The notes under the pieces are model-generated. The model searched no databases. It was not told the DNA's origin and saw only the letters and a list, made by a program, of their open reading frames with translations. A DNA stretch of 64,000 bases from an uncultured virus (IMG/VR IMGVR_UViG_3300009512_000012) (taxonomy: Duplodnaviria > Heunggongvirae > Uroviricota > Caudoviricetes). This document shows positions 47,640-58,093 of the stretch, piece after piece. The position numbers and the translations under genes were made by a program. The stretch's first letter is position 1. Every line of letters starts with the position of its first letter. The stretch is taken from the IMG/VR virus record IMGVR_UViG_3300009512_000012; one strand, given 5' to 3'.

Positions 47640-49277
47640 TTAAATTGCGGCGTGTCCGTTAACTGTTTTTAGTGTTGTGCCACCAGAGTTCTTAATTAAA
47701 AGAATACTATCTGGTGTTGCGTGGAACTTACCTGTTGAACCAACAATCTTTGCTTTCTCTACAGCAGTTTCTGAATTACCTGCTCTGAATGATATTTTAG
47801 TTGCGTTAGATGATGCACTAAAGTCTCCTTCAGCCATCGCTACGATAGCTGCGGCCACTGTAATAGCATCGGTACCTGCACCCTCGTCAGGTGCTTGGAA
47901 GAAGATTCCACCAAGTTCATCGTTTGCGGCAACATCAGTATCACCTGATTGTAAAGTAATAGTTGCAGACGAACCGTCAGCAGTTGCTAAATCTTTGAGA
48001 ATTAACTTACCAGTTGATGTCATAGTTAGTATTCCACCATCTGTACCTGCGGCAGCAGATTTACCTGTTGCGAATATCATAGAAGCAGCGTTATTATCAG
48101 CTGCAAAGTCACCTTCGGAAACAACTTTAATTGTACCTGCGGCTAATAAAGCATCAGTACCTGCACCTTCAGCAGGTGCCTTAAAGTCAATTTGTCCTAA
48201 CACATCATCTGCGGCAATATCGTTATCACCTGCGGCAAGTGTTACTAATGGTGTAGAGTTATCTGCTGTTGCTGGAACAGAAATCGTAAGACCTGAATCA
48301 GCGACATGTGTTATTGTTACGTCTGAGTTAGCACCTAACTTAATTACAGAAGCATCTGAACCTAAGATTAAGTCATCGCCTACTGTGAAGTCACCATTTG
48401 TTGTTAAACCTGTATCTGCTACGTGAGTAATATTAATATCTGAATCAGCACCAAATTTTATTATTGCTGCATCAGATAATAGTAAAAGGTCATCACCTAT
48501 AACTGCATCTAAAGCAACTGATAATCCACCATCAGTTTGTAGTGAACCATCGGTTGTACTTGTTGCAGCAGTTGTATCGTCTGTTTTTAGTATTCCACTA
48601 AATGTACCTGTTGTAGCTGTTAATCCAGCAGTAACTGCTAATGCACCTGCAGAACTTAAAGTCATTTTTGTTGCAGCTGCTTCGGAAGCACCAACCATAA
48701 AGTCAATGGCAGTAGCATTAGCATCAGCCGCAAAGTCACCCTCAGAACGAGCTTGAATAGCTGCGGCAACTAATACTGCATCTGTTCCTGTTCCTTCATC
48801 TGGTGCCTGAAAGGCAATTTTACCTAGAACGTCATTGGCAGCGATATCAGTTTCACCTGATTGTAAGGTTAAAACAAATGGATTGTCGTCACCTGTTGCT
48901 TTTGATTTTATTAATAAACCATCATCAGGGTCGTGTGTTACTATAACGTCTTGGTCATTACCAAATTGAATAGTAGCACCATCGGCTAAAAATAAATCTG
49001 AAAATTCTTTTGTTGCAGAACCCAATGTTGTACCGTCAGCGCTTGTTGGTAATATTGATGTTCCGAATGTACCTGTATTAATAACAGGTGAAGTTAATGT
49101 TTTGTTTGTAAGGGTTTGTGTTGCTCCAAGAGATACACTTGTAAATCCGCCTCCAGTGCTACCATCATGAATTCTCAACGTGTCTAACGTTGTATCATAG
49201 GTTATTTCACCGACTGCGCCTGTAAATGAATCATTCTGTGAAGTTGTACCCCTTCTATGTTGTAGTACCGTTGGCAT
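47640..49277 (-). CDS. tail fibre-like protein with internal repeats
   Basis: N-terminal LQ.RRGT......FTG..GEIT.DT module, TQTLTNKTLTSP, and three copies of the D.AA.D.LG.I.F.AP.EG.GTDA...EGDF repeat. Confidence 0.8.
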   Translation of the reverse strand: MPTVLQHRRGTTSQNDSFTGAVGEITYDTTLDTLRIHDGSTGGGFTSVSLGATQTLTNKTLTSPVINTGTFGTSILPTSADGTTLGSATKEFSDLFLADGATIQFGNDQDVIVTHDPDDGLLIKSKATGDDNPFVLTLQSGETDIAANDVLGKIAFQAPDEGTGTDAVLVAAAIQARSEGDFAADANATAIDFMVGASEAAATKMTLSSAGALAVTAGLTATTGTFSGILKTDDTTAATSTTDGSLQTDGGLSVALDAVIGDDLLLLSDAAIIKFGADSDINITHVADTGLTTNGDFTVGDDLILGSDASVIKLGANSDVTITHVADSGLTISVPATADNSTPLVTLAAGDNDIAADDVLGQIDFKAPAEGAGTDALLAAGTIKVVSEGDFAADNNAASMIFATGKSAAAGTDGGILTMTSTGKLILKDLATADGSSATITLQSGDTDVAANDELGGIFFQAPDEGAGTDAITVAAAIVAMAEGDFSASSNATKISFRAGNSETAVEKAKIVGSTGKFHATPDSILLIKNSGGTTLKTVNGHAAI

Positions 49278-49314
49278 TTAAAATTCTCCTAGTCTTCCTT
49301 TTCGTTAATATAAT

Positions 49315-49322
49315 TATTTATA
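49315..49322 (-). promoter_or_regulatory. late promoter
   Basis: TATAAATA upstream of the fibre gene. Confidence 0.75.
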
Positions 49323-49326
49323 CAAT

Positions 49327-49848
49327 TTAGACACTGGTGTTTGCACCTAAATCTTGTTCAGCAGTAGAACCTTTAGGTTCATTCATATCGTATAAATTAT
49401 TTGCTGTTGAAAATCCAAAGGCGTCAACGGCGCCTGTTGTTAAGTCTCCTAAATCAAAATCGACCTCACTTGTTGGTAGTTGTGTTAATGTAGAGTTCGT
49501 AAATCCTAAATCGGCAGTAAAAGCAACGGTGCCACTTTCGTTTTTAAATGTAATTGTCCTATCTGCTGTAGGGTTTGATACAACAAATGTTGTTTCAGCA
49601 TTGTCATCGGATGTACCTTCAAAAGACATCCTATCACTTTTTAGATTTAAAACTGATGGTTCAACTGTCGTAAGTTCTAAAGAACCTGTAATTGATAGTT
49701 CGCCCACAGAAATATTTGAGGCAGAAACTGTTCCGAAATTTAATGTTCCACTTTCTAGAGCAGAAACATCTGTAACTAGATTATTGAATTGACTTCTCAA
49801 CTGTTCTAGAGTATTTGTGTTTGATACTTGTTGTGCGTTTATAGCCAT
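49327..49848 (-). CDS. putative virion structural protein
   Basis: T.EQ.R..FN.L N-terminus, FEG...D..ET......PTADRTIT.....GTVA module. Confidence 0.7.
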   Translation of the reverse strand: MAINAQQVSNTNTLEQLRSQFNNLVTDVSALESGTLNFGTVSASNISVGELSITGSLELTTVEPSVLNLKSDRMSFEGTSDDNAETTFVVSNPTADRTITFKNESGTVAFTADLGFTNSTLTQLPTSEVDFDLGDLTTGAVDAFGFSTANNLYDMNEPKGSTAEQDLGANTSV

Positions 49849-49906
49849 AACTTAAACTCTCTTTGTCTCTATAATTAATTGTGTTGTTTTTATGTCCATT
49901 TTATAT

Positions 49907-49914
49907 TATTTATA
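49907..49914 (-). promoter_or_regulatory. late promoter
   Basis: TATAAATA. Confidence 0.75.
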
Positions 49915-49919
49915 CAACT

Positions 49920-50153
49920 TTATGCGCCAGTTTTTTCTGTCAGTTGTTGTAGTAAGTGTTTAATCTCATGCATTTCGCATTTAAGATTATTTATTTGTCT
50001 AGTGGCGTCTCTTAATTCATCATTTCTTTTTTGTGCATTTTGTGAAGCAATTCGTGCTTTTAAATATGCAGACTTACTTGTGTTTAAAATAGCGCCAGAT
50101 TCTAAATCCCTTACTAATTCAGAATGTCCTTCTACTTTAACAAGTGTTTTCAT
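49920..50153 (-). CDS. small conserved coiled-coil protein
   Basis: KVEGH..LVRD..SGAI.N; follows the DUF4815-type gene. Confidence 0.75.
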   Translation of the reverse strand: MKTLVKVEGHSELVRDLESGAILNTSKSAYLKARIASQNAQKRNDELRDATRQINNLKCEMHEIKHLLQQLTEKTGA

Positions 50154-53100
50154 TATGTTGCCAATGCAAGTAATCTCAAGTCTCTTATTCTTGGAGGCTG
50201 AGCAGCATTAGTTCCTTGTCCTACTATTTTAATTGCAAACTGAATAAATTCAGGTAGTGGCGTTCCGATACCATCATCAGTAACACCTGCTGTGTAAACG
50301 TATTCTTGGAAATCGTTATCATCAAGAGATGACCCTATGGCAATATCAGTTGTACCAGTTGAGTTAAAGAATGTATAACCCAATTCATCAAAATCAGAAG
50401 CATCATCAGTTCTTAAAATTTTAAACATTGATTTAATTTCAGCACTTTGTTGTTTGTGTGCTGAGAAGATTAACTTAATAGCAGTTGCTGGATTTTCCAA
50501 TGCAACTTTCTTTGTAATATAAATGAATGCGTTTTGGTCACCGCTAGGTTGTGTTGAATCTTTGTAATTAGTTGTAGGGAAGACATCAGATGAACTATCA
50601 ATGTTATTAATTCTATTTGCGACAGCAATAAATGATGCACGACCTAAATCAATTATAGGTGTGATATCTGAATTTTGACTTGTTAGTGTTAATGGAATGA
50701 ATAATGATTTGATACCAGCAAGTTCATTTGTTTCATTTATATCAGATGCGATTATACTTGTTGTTGATTTATTAAAGTTTTCATTGAAAGGAATGGAAAT
50801 CGCATTACCTAGTGTTCTTGTTGAGAATGATGTCTCTGTACCACTTGGTGATGTACCTGTAGTGTCTCTTAATGTAGATGCAATTTTTGTATTACCTAGT
50901 TCAAGAGAACCAATAATTGTTTTAGCAGTTTCGTATCGATAGTTTTCTGAAGCATATATATTTATTCCACCAACTTCAGCAGTTGTAGAACCACCCGAAA
51001 CAGTTGGAGCATTTGTAAGAGTAACAGTATAAGAATCTATTCCTATGTTTGCTATTGCAGTATGAATTTTGTTAATTTCTACAAGTGACGTACCTAAGAT
51101 TTGATAGAGTTCAATTGTTGCGTTTGCGTCATGTATTGCAGCTGTTGAACCACTAGTACCTCTTGTAAGTGAAGATACTGTGCCTGAACTATTTGAACCT
51201 GTAATAATTTCATTTCCAATTTTAAGAGTTATTGCTCCAGCTGGGAAGTTTGTATTAGAAGTTAAAACTAATGAAGTTCCAGCCGCAGTTATACCTGCAC
51301 TTAGTGTTGTACTAATACCTGAACTAACACCCGTAATTCTTACATTATTTGCAGTTGAATACATACCATGGTCGATATGTTTTACTTTTAGTACAGTTGA
51401 ACTATTTGTCATAGTTAATGGATTAGCTGTTAATCTCTTTCCATACACAGTTGTACCCAATTCATTTGTTACTGCATCACCAATAATATCATTTTGTAAA
51501 GTTAAGTTACCTGCGGCAGTTGTATCAAATACTGCTTTGTTTAAAGTAAATTTTAAATCCTCTGATTGAGAAGCAGTCCAAGCAGTATTGTTTTGTGATT
51601 TAAACAATACCCCTAAATGTGGTTGTTTTGATACTACTCTTAATCCACCAATATCAGTTTCACCCATTCTTGAAATCCAAATTTTAGGTTGAATAGTATG
51701 AGCCCTAACAACAATACAATATTCTGTTCCACCCTTAACATAGATAGGTGAATCAAACGTAAATGTTGTTGCTGTTGAAGCATCAGTTGATACATTAATT
51801 TCTGAAGGTTTTAAAACTTTTCTGCCAAATGGAAGAATTTTAGGACCGGGATATCCATTAATAACATTTCTTAATTCAATCCAAATTGGACCATCATTAT
51901 CTCTTGTTTCAAAATAAAGGTCAACTGAAGTTAAAAAACAACCATCTGGGTCTTCTACTAAAAATGTTTGTGCAAGAGGGTCAATCTTTTCACCTCTCTC
52001 TATAGCAGCTGCTCTTAGGGCCTCTCTTCTTTCTTTACCATCACTATTATCTCTTTGAGCAGTTTGACTGATAATTCTAGCAGAGGTATCAAGAACGGAA
52101 GTAGTTTGAGTAACATCTGTTTGTACAACTTTTGCGTTTCTTGTTGCAATAATTGTTTCTTGCTCTGTTTCTAATATTCCTTTTGCAGAATATATTACTG
52201 AACCAGAAGTTATTGGTAATGGACTAACTAAATTTGTTGCACTTGCTGTAATTTTAAATTCTAACTCACCAGTTTTAAATTTAGGAATATTTTCTTGACC
52301 TTTAAATTTATAGTCAGGAATTGCAAAGGTTCCGTTAACATCACCAAGACCATCTGTAACAAGTTGAATACCTGCGGCTGGTGTAACAGCACCTTCGGTA
52401 TATGTAGATGATTCTGCTGTAACATAAGCGTTAACATCGGTACCATCAAAAAATACATAAACTTTTGTATTAGGATAAAAACCTTCACCTGTAAATGTAA
52501 TTGTTCTAGGTCTTACCCATGGTATAAGTGCTTTTGCAATAATTCTTGTACCTGAAGATTCTTCATCAATTTGTTCTATAACATTTGTTGCAATACCAGA
52601 ACGAGTTAAATCGGAACGAGTTGTTTGAATTGCTCTTGTAATTATTCTATTACCTTGACGAGTAGTTTCTTGTCTTGATGCAATAACACCAGACCACTGA
52701 GTTTCCCAAGCATTCCAAAGTGTACCAATTCTATTTTCATTAGCAGCTAAAACTGAATCAAAGTTTCCGTCCACATTAATAATTAAATCGGGTGCAGTTT
52801 CAGTCTCAAACCACTCATCACCTTCTGGTGATAGTTTAATCATGCCTACCCAGTTTGGAACATAAACAGGTTGTATTCTTTCAACTCTTGTTGCATATGG
52901 ATTTTCTGAATGCATTGTAGATGTATATGGAAGTGTTAATAAGTCACCTGTTTTTGCGTATCCTAAAGCAGCTCTTTCTGTATCAGTTGAAACAGTTTCT
53001 ATAAGGCCTGCGGCTCTCATAACACACTTTGGTCTTAATTCTTTAAACTGTTGGTCTATTGCATTTTTATAATCTGTATTTTTAACATCACCTACTCTGT

Positions 53101-56100
53101 GACCTGAAAAGTTATCTACTACAAAACCAGATTTAAATCTGTTTAATCCATTTGCATCTGTAATTTCAAATGATTCGGCATCTCTTTCAAGTAAAGATAA
53201 GTTTGTATAATACTCAAGGTTTTGAATTCTGTTCTGTAATTTACCAATATCCTTCATAGTAAATCTTTGATTTCTTTCTCTTGAAATTTGAATATCAGTA
53301 GGTCTAAATGTAAAGGCAGGTATAAATGCACTTGCAAGTTTCATTGCTCCGTCAATTTGTTTAGGTTCTGTTGGAACTTCAGCAGACGGACCTTCAACGA
53401 TTTTAAATGTTCCGTCTTGACCAAGATATACAGCAATAATTTTATTTAAATAAAATTCAAAGTCAACTGTTCCTAGTGTACCTGGTTTTGGTGTATCAAC
53501 TGTCGAAGAACCTGCACCATCAAATTGTCTATGAAAGAAATCAAATGATTTGTCAGTCAATGTATCAATAGCAGATTCCGTATCACTTGCACCAGTAACA
53601 TTTTCACATGTTGGTCTAAAATCTAAACAATCTGTTAATTCAAACTCACCAGTTGGTTCTGGTTCATCTGGGTCAACTCTTGTAGCAGTATAAGTTGGAA
53701 TATCATCGTATTGCATTCTTTTAGCTGCATCTTGATAAGAATCTACACTAAAGAAAGAACCTGAAGAATGAGAAAAGAAATCAAATACTACTAACAGTCT
53801 TCCTCTTGGTTTTGCAGAATTAGATTTTAATTCTAGTCTTGATATGTCGTAATAGTTATCTCTTTGACCTGTGTCTAAAACATAGTGAGATGTAATAACT
53901 CTTGAACCAGCAGCTATTGATGATACAGTTGCAATTGCAGTTGAAGATGCACCTGTGATTATTTCGTTAGCAGAAAAATCAATAGCACCATCTCCATTTT
54001 GTAAGTAGTAAGAAATTGGTGATGTAGGACTAACAACAATACCTACTGCACCAGAAGAACTACCAGTAATTCTTTCGCCTCTTGTAAAGGTACCAGTAGC
54101 ACTTGTTAATGTTAAAGTTGGAAGGGTCGCATCAGCACTAGTACTTTCGGAATCTAAAACTACTCCTAAATTAAATACGTCAGCTCTTCCTAAAGAAATT
54201 ACTTCGTCAGTTGCTTTTGTTCCAAATGCACCAGCAGTTACTCCAGCTACTTTTACTTGTTTTGATAATTTTGTATTTTTAATTCTTTGTGTTACGCCAG
54301 TTTTTAAAATGGTTGCAGTTAAAAGAACTTTTGAAGAATCGCCAAGAGCAGAGTTGTCTGTGATTGTAATTGTTGATGTACCTGCGCCTGTAATATTACC
54401 ACTTACTGAAACAATATCACCTTGTGCGGCAGTACCATCACCTGCTGTTAGAACACTTAATGTATAATCTTTTTCTGTGTGCGTTAAGAATGATTCATTT
54501 GCACCTGCTGTAAATGAAATACCACCACTTGAGTTTGTTGTGCCAATAAACTGTCTTCTTATTGTTATTGAAGTATCAGACGCACCATCATTAGCAGTTG
54601 TTAAAAGTGTCTTAATAGTTTTTTTAGAAAGTCTATATATGGCAACATTCTTTTCAGAATCTATAAGTTTTGCATCTTGTTTTGTTTCTAACGCTAATGT
54701 TGAAGTATTGTCTGTTTCAGAAACAAAGTTTGCATTTTCATTTGTTCCATTTGCGTCTGATTGGTTTGCAATAAGAGAACCTACTATTGTACCACTTAAA
54801 TCAATATCAGCAGTAAAGTCTTGACCTGCATCAGTATCATCTTGAAATAGTGAACGAGTTTCGGAAAGTGTGTGTGTAACAACATCTAAAACTGTAACAT
54901 CAGCGTTAGCAGCTGTTTCTACAATTTGGTCTGTCTCTGCACTATCAGAAGCAATTAATTTTTCACCTGTAAGAAAATTACCAGAAACATTTGTTAAAAC
55001 AATAGTCACGGCCGATGTTAAATTTCCAAATATAAACCCAGTTGCACCTGTTGTAGCACCAGTAATTCTTACACCACCATTTGCATGATTAGATATTAAA
55101 GTTGCTGACGGTACACCTGATAAAGTTAAATAAGTAAATGGTCTAATATCAAAAAGAAATAATTTGTATATCGCATCATCATTTCCAGCAGAACCAGAAT
55201 CGTATTCTATTGTTCTTGCTCTGGCAAGACCAATCTGTCTACCTGATGCAACTCCTTTAGTATGTGTAACATCATCATGTAATTGAATTGTTTCGTAAGC
55301 ACCTTGTTCACCACTGATTGCACTAACTTTAGGTTGATTGTATAATTTTTTAATTTTAATAAAGTTACCTAGTTCAGTATTAACTGTACCAGTATTGACA
55401 GTATCAAAATCTCTTGCTTTCTTAATATCTTTAAATGTAATTGCAGTCTTTTCAATTTCGTAACCACGAACATATGCTTTACCTGGTGATATTGCTAAAT
55501 CGAAAAAGTCCTCTGCAGCTGTATTACCATCGGCAGTTAAAACACCAGCAGTATAAACACCTCTAAACTCTGTGCCTTTGTGTCTATTTGAAATCTGTTC
55601 TCTTGCATCTATTTGAAAAGGCCTTACAGTATAGTCACCTGATTCATCAAATGTTCTTCTTGCAAGTGTATCACCTAATACTGAATATTCAGTTGGTCTA
55701 GCATCTGAATCTACTTTACCTTCGGAAACTCTAGTTATCTCTACAAACTTATCGTCACTTGTAGAATCAATAGGTAATGATGTAAGAACTAAATCAATTT
55801 TAAGTCTATGAGCACCTTTGGCTGCAAAGTTTGATGAACCTGTTGCATTATCTGTAAGTGAAGCATCATCTTCTGGTGCCGCTAAAGTTTCTGTTATTGT
55901 AAATCCGATTCTACCACTTGCTATTTGTGATGCGTCATCTAATACTAAAGTCTGTTCTTCCATTTGAACAAAAGTTCCACGCACAAAATAAACACCATTA
56001 CCTGCTGTTATAGCAGTACCTTTTTGGGCTGCATTTAAATTATGAGTAGTAGCAGAATTCGAATTAATCGCATAACTTGTTGTATGAGTAATAGCTGTAT

Positions 56101-56554
56101 CAGCAAAGATATTTTCATCATCTGCAAATATATTAGTTTCTAAATCTGAACCTGTTGAAATATATTGAATGTATAATAATGGTTGAGATGTAGTTGTTGC
56201 AGCTTTGACGCCAATAACTTTTGCTTTAACGCCAGTTGTAGCACCAACAATTGTGATGGGTGATGTTGCACTATAATATTGATTAATATCAATTGCTTCA
56301 GATGCAAAAGTAGAAGCTAATAAAACAGATGAGTAACTTGTATTTACACTAATTCCACCAGGTATTACAATTGAACCCTCTTGAAAAACATGTGAACCAA
56401 ATCTTTCAATTTGATTTTGAAGTATTGATTGTAGTTGTGTTAATTCTCTCGCTTGAACAGCGAACCCTGGTCGAAACAATATACGATGAAAATTCTTATC
56501 TTCTTTAAAATCATCATAATATGGTGCGACATTTAAATCTGTTTTTTGTGCCAT
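50153..56554 (-). CDS. large virion structural protein (DUF4815 / VrlC-like)
   Basis: LNV.PYYDDF, LFRPG..VQARELTQLQS, A.GA.RL, RT.DESG.Y, RFKSGF.VD.F, DPLAQTF, DLKF; 2133 aa. Confidence 0.9.
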   Translation of the reverse strand: MAQKTDLNVAPYYDDFKEDKNFHRILFRPGFAVQARELTQLQSILQNQIERFGSHVFQEGSIVIPGGISVNTSYSSVLLASTFASEAIDINQYYSATSPITIVGATTGVKAKVIGVKAATTTSQPLLYIQYISTGSDLETNIFADDENIFADTAITHTTSYAINSNSATTHNLNAAQKGTAITAGNGVYFVRGTFVQMEEQTLVLDDASQIASGRIGFTITETLAAPEDDASLTDNATGSSNFAAKGAHRLKIDLVLTSLPIDSTSDDKFVEITRVSEGKVDSDARPTEYSVLGDTLARRTFDESGDYTVRPFQIDAREQISNRHKGTEFRGVYTAGVLTADGNTAAEDFFDLAISPGKAYVRGYEIEKTAITFKDIKKARDFDTVNTGTVNTELGNFIKIKKLYNQPKVSAISGEQGAYETIQLHDDVTHTKGVASGRQIGLARARTIEYDSGSAGNDDAIYKLFLFDIRPFTYLTLSGVPSATLISNHANGGVRITGATTGATGFIFGNLTSAVTIVLTNVSGNFLTGEKLIASDSAETDQIVETAANADVTVLDVVTHTLSETRSLFQDDTDAGQDFTADIDLSGTIVGSLIANQSDANGTNENANFVSETDNTSTLALETKQDAKLIDSEKNVAIYRLSKKTIKTLLTTANDGASDTSITIRRQFIGTTNSSGGISFTAGANESFLTHTEKDYTLSVLTAGDGTAAQGDIVSVSGNITGAGTSTITITDNSALGDSSKVLLTATILKTGVTQRIKNTKLSKQVKVAGVTAGAFGTKATDEVISLGRADVFNLGVVLDSESTSADATLPTLTLTSATGTFTRGERITGSSSGAVGIVVSPTSPISYYLQNGDGAIDFSANEIITGASSTAIATVSSIAAGSRVITSHYVLDTGQRDNYYDISRLELKSNSAKPRGRLLVVFDFFSHSSGSFFSVDSYQDAAKRMQYDDIPTYTATRVDPDEPEPTGEFELTDCLDFRPTCENVTGASDTESAIDTLTDKSFDFFHRQFDGAGSSTVDTPKPGTLGTVDFEFYLNKIIAVYLGQDGTFKIVEGPSAEVPTEPKQIDGAMKLASAFIPAFTFRPTDIQISRERNQRFTMKDIGKLQNRIQNLEYYTNLSLLERDAESFEITDANGLNRFKSGFVVDNFSGHRVGDVKNTDYKNAIDQQFKELRPKCVMRAAGLIETVSTDTERAALGYAKTGDLLTLPYTSTMHSENPYATRVERIQPVYVPNWVGMIKLSPEGDEWFETETAPDLIINVDGNFDSVLAANENRIGTLWNAWETQWSGVIASRQETTRQGNRIITRAIQTTRSDLTRSGIATNVIEQIDEESSGTRIIAKALIPWVRPRTITFTGEGFYPNTKVYVFFDGTDVNAYVTAESSTYTEGAVTPAAGIQLVTDGLGDVNGTFAIPDYKFKGQENIPKFKTGELEFKITASATNLVSPLPITSGSVIYSAKGILETEQETIIATRNAKVVQTDVTQTTSVLDTSARIISQTAQRDNSDGKERREALRAAAIERGEKIDPLAQTFLVEDPDGCFLTSVDLYFETRDNDGPIWIELRNVINGYPGPKILPFGRKVLKPSEINVSTDASTATTFTFDSPIYVKGGTEYCIVVRAHTIQPKIWISRMGETDIGGLRVVSKQPHLGVLFKSQNNTAWTASQSEDLKFTLNKAVFDTTAAGNLTLQNDIIGDAVTNELGTTVYGKRLTANPLTMTNSSTVLKVKHIDHGMYSTANNVRITGVSSGISTTLSAGITAAGTSLVLTSNTNFPAGAITLKIGNEIITGSNSSGTVSSLTRGTSGSTAAIHDANATIELYQILGTSLVEINKIHTAIANIGIDSYTVTLTNAPTVSGGSTTAEVGGINIYASENYRYETAKTIIGSLELGNTKIASTLRDTTGTSPSGTETSFSTRTLGNAISIPFNENFNKSTTSIIASDINETNELAGIKSLFIPLTLTSQNSDITPIIDLGRASFIAVANRINNIDSSSDVFPTTNYKDSTQPSGDQNAFIYITKKVALENPATAIKLIFSAHKQQSAEIKSMFKILRTDDASDFDELGYTFFNSTGTTDIAIGSSLDDNDFQEYVYTAGVTDDGIGTPLPEFIQFAIKIVGQGTNAAQPPRIRDLRLLALAT

Positions 56555-56555
56555 A

Positions 56556-58049
56556 TTAAAACTCTATAATTAATTTTATGTCTTCGGTTTGGTCTGAAAC
56601 TCTTTGTATTGGTTGTCTGTTTTCTAAGTACACAATGTTACCACTATCTGGTTGTAACTCGGGTGTTGCATAACCACTAGTGAAGGTAATAGTATTTCCA
56701 CCAGTAAGTGTAACTGTATTCGAACTATCAGAAATTGGGGCAGCAACAGCACTTGAAGTAGAACCTGTTACATTATTTGTGCCACTAAATGCTACAAACG
56801 ATTGTGTTGTAGTTGCAGTTCCATAAGTTGAAAATCTTTCTTGTTGATAATATAATATTTTGTTAGTAGAATCCCACTCAACAACTCTACCAATAGCACC
56901 AGTAGTTGTTTGAGTAATTTGTTCATCGACTGAAAATGTACCAGATGCTGAAGCAAATTTAACAGCATAAGTCATTCTAGCTGTTGATGCAGTTGCCACT
57001 GTTGTTGTACCATAAGTCGTAGGGTCTACAACAAGTCCAACATTTCTAAAATCATTTGCAGTTGTTACGTCATCACCCTCTGCTTGTGTTAATGTTGTAT
57101 TGGTCATTACAAAGTGTCCACCTAATTCATTTATCGCATTGTTGCCATGACCGTCAAAAGGTGAGATAACTATTCTTATTGCTCCACCAGAACCTGAACC
57201 AATACTTGTTGAAGAAGATAATGCTGTATCAGAAAAGACATTTGTTAATGAAACGTTTCCAAAAGTATAATTTGTACTACCTGCATGAATTGTTGTATCA
57301 GTTCCAGCAGTTAAACCAAATGAAGCAATAGCCCCACCTGCAATAGTAATACGTACAATACCACCAGAAGATGTTCCTTGACTTGTACCATCACCAAAAA
57401 TTGGAGAGTAGTATGTTCCGTTTGTATAACCTGAACCTGCTGTTACTATAAGAGATTCAATTTTACCAGCTACGGCCGCAGTAGAAACAGTTGTATCTGT
57501 AGATACTGGCATATAATCATTAGTTAAAAATTTTGCACCTTGTGATGCTGTAATATTGTACATGTATTTTAAAACATATCCACCAGATGAGAACGGTGAT
57601 GTACTAGTAGAAGTAGGTTCTGAACCCGAATAAGCAATTCCACCATTGTTATCTAATACTTTATAGACATTTTGAGTTGATGTTATAAAGTAAAAATTAC
57701 CTTGATATATCGAAGAGGCACCACTTGTTGTTGTATTTGATGCTGAGATTGTATCATCATACATATCGTAAACTGTATTGTTAGCCCAGTTAACTCTTGG
57801 AAGAGCGTTAGAGATATTTGAACTTGAAATATTTTTTGCAGCTATCATAGCATCCCATGAATAAAACTCACCTGAAACTGAATCGGCAGGTGTTGGAGGT
57901 GCTGCGTCTGTTCCCCCTGATGTGCCTGATGTGTAAGGCATTGATTTACCTATAAAAAGATAATATGTTGATTTTGAAGTTTCAGAGAATGATTCAACGA
58001 ATTGTGTGGCGTTGTGTAATCTGAATTTTTCTGTAATAATAGCTGTCAT
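56556..58049 (-). CDS. 8: baseplate wedge subunit (gp8)
   Basis: AIIT..FR..NA, VYK.L.N, Y..KYMY, GHG.....ELG, SG.I.Y.ENR.PI.R..DQTEDIKL.IEF. Confidence 0.93.
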   Translation of the reverse strand: MTAIITEKFRLHNATQFVESFSETSKSTYYLFIGKSMPYTSGTSGGTDAAPPTPADSVSGEFYSWDAMIAAKNISSSNISNALPRVNWANNTVYDMYDDTISASNTTTSGASSIYQGNFYFITSTQNVYKVLDNNGGIAYSGSEPTSTSTSPFSSGGYVLKYMYNITASQGAKFLTNDYMPVSTDTTVSTAAVAGKIESLIVTAGSGYTNGTYYSPIFGDGTSQGTSSGGIVRITIAGGAIASFGLTAGTDTTIHAGSTNYTFGNVSLTNVFSDTALSSSTSIGSGSGGAIRIVISPFDGHGNNAINELGGHFVMTNTTLTQAEGDDVTTANDFRNVGLVVDPTTYGTTTVATASTARMTYAVKFASASGTFSVDEQITQTTTGAIGRVVEWDSTNKILYYQQERFSTYGTATTTQSFVAFSGTNNVTGSTSSAVAAPISDSSNTVTLTGGNTITFTSGYATPELQPDSGNIVYLENRQPIQRVSDQTEDIKLIIEF

Positions 58050-58067
58050 GAACTCTTCCTTTACATG

Positions 58068-58087
58068 TATTTATACAAATATTTATA
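58068..58087 (-). promoter_or_regulatory. tandem late promoters upstream of gp8
   Basis: TATAAATA at 58087-58080 and 58075-58068. Confidence 0.75.
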
Positions 58088-58093
58088 CTATAT

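Noticed and set aside
46622..49848. Diversity-generating retroelement at the fibre genes
   Set aside because: No reverse transcriptase and no adenine-specific template/variable repeat pair seen; the repeats are diverged protein-level units.
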